Positions 63,176 through 64,000 of a DNA stretch of 64,000 nucleotides are shown here, piece by piece; the first letter of the stretch is position 1, and every line of letters begins with the position of its first letter. This DNA is from an uncultured bacterium. Its GTDB lineage: Bacteria; Cyanobacteriota; Vampirovibrionia; Gastranaerophilales; Gastranaerophilaceae. The notes under the pieces were generated by a model. That model ran no database searches and had not been told where the DNA came from. It saw nothing but the letters and a program-made list of their open reading frames with translations. The stretch covers positions 810 through 64,809 of the forward strand of contig URYF01000002.1 in NCBI GenBank assembly GCA_900551965.1, given 5' to 3'. A program made the position numbers and the translations under genes.

Positions 63176-64000
63176 TTAAAATTTATGTTTAATAAGTGCA
63201 TAAATATCGTTAAATACAATAAATACCATAAACAAAATTAACAACAAGAAAAATACTGAACTAATCTTGTTTATAGATTCTTCATCAAGCGGCTTTCCTC
63301 TCAATTTTTCAATAAGAAGGAACATGAAATGCCCGCCATCAAGTGCCGGTATCGGCAGAAAGTTGACAAGTGCTAAATCAAGAGAAATCATCGCTGTTAA
63401 CAATAAACCGGAGAAAAATCCGCTATTTTGAATAACATCGCCGCCAATTTTAGTAATAACAACAATACCATGCAAATCTTTCACCGGAATTTTACCGGTA
63501 AACAACTGCCACAAACCATAGACCAGCATATAAGTCTGTTCCCAAAGATATCTACATGTACCTTTAATAGCATCAGGAACATTTTTAGTCGGTCTTAAAA
63601 CTTCTCTGGATTCAACCATAACACCAATCAAACCTTTTTCGTTTGAATAAACCGGTTTTAAATCAACCATTTTTCCATCGCGCAAAACAGTAATATTTAT
63701 AGGGTGTTTAGTATCTGAAACAGCATAAGCAACATCAGTCAATGTTGTGGTGCCATCTGCTTCATATTTATTTTTATCTTTCAACAAATCTCTTAATTTA
63801 ATTTGATTTTCTGATAAATTAACCTGACTATCATGGTACAAGCTATAACCCTTCAAAGCTTCCTTGTCAATATTTAGCGCAGGCTCATCTTGTCTTTCTG
63901 GCAAAATGACAACCGTTTTATCTGCAATAACATCAGATTCACTTATTTTCGGGTTAAGTTTTTTCAAATTCTCAAGGTTTTGCTCAACAGAATCTTCACT
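63176..64000 (-). CDS. rseP: site-2 protease RseP (M50 family), N-terminus beyond window end
   Basis: PDZ region and C-terminal 'ISLDLALVNFLPIPALDGGHFMFLLIEKLRGKPL'. The frame stays open from 63967 to nt 64000 (...SEDSVEQNLENLKKLNP), so the HExxH-bearing N-terminus lies outside the window. Confidence 0.85.
   Translation of the reverse strand, partial: SEDSVEQNLENLKKLNPKISESDVIADKTVVILPERQDEPALNIDKEALKGYSLYHDSQVNLSENQIKLRDLLKDKNKYEADGTTTLTDVAYAVSDTKHPINITVLRDGKMVDLKPVYSNEKGLIGVMVESREVLRPTKNVPDAIKGTCRYLWEQTYMLVYGLWQLFTGKIPVKDLHGIVVITKIGGDVIQNSGFFSGLLLTAMISLDLALVNFLPIPALDGGHFMFLLIEKLRGKPLDEESINKISSVFFLLLILFMVFIVFNDIYALIKHKF

Noticed and set aside
1-64000. Scanned intergenic regions for tRNA, rRNA, tmRNA/RNase P/SRP RNA and CRISPR arrays.
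   Set aside because: No spacer has the length and GC-rich helical character of these RNAs. The only GC-richer spacers (19617-19823, 54669-54962, 61486-61771) are explained by dispersed hairpin repeats and terminators. No regularly spaced direct repeats were seen. A covariance-model scan would be needed to be certain.

Overview
Visibly AT-rich, densely coding bacterial chromosomal segment with about 60 protein genes on both strands, short spacers and several 4-nt start/stop overlaps. I found no rRNA, tRNA, CRISPR array, transposase or phage block. Recognisable genes are mostly housekeeping or envelope functions: a sugar ABC permease pair, ribE-ribBA, ispH-rpsA, nusB-ftsY, cysS (frameshifted as assembled), murJ, a SpoIID-like protein, comM, a group-3 (FliA/SigF-like) sigma factor, bioD-like, xerD, a dGTPase-like HD protein, lpxB-lpxI with an LptD-like outer-membrane protein and an EnvC-like M23 peptidase, an ECF sigma/anti-sigma/CpxP-like module, pdxJ, murT, a YtxH/DUF948 trio, 7TMR-HD-ybeY-dgkA, and rseP (cut by the window end). 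The organism is therefore a diderm LPS producer. The long NusB, short 4-domain S1 and group-3 sigma factor suggest, at low confidence, a non-photosynthetic cyanobacteria-related (Melainabacteria/Vampirovibrionia-like) or similar uncultivated lineage. Lineage-specific ORFans are interspersed among these genes. The best candidates for something undescribed are five. (1) A co-transcribed tandem pair of ~450-aa paralogues (2471-5201) has an internally duplicated motif and a C-terminal HNH signature whose H/N/N spacing matches the Cas9 HNH module. (2) A three-gene ORFan cluster (13915-19616) includes a ~1164-aa repeat-rich protein. (3) A family of small dispersed hairpin repeats includes a 103-nt element present twice, one copy carrying a nested hairpin insertion, plus a four-unit cluster at 54690-54905. 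(4) A single-polypeptide GT2-Stealth (hexose-1-phosphotransferase) fusion lies next to an XRE regulator. (5) An unusually large, Cys-rich type IV pilin-like protein. Functional calls rest on motifs read by eye and recalled family knowledge; no searches were run.
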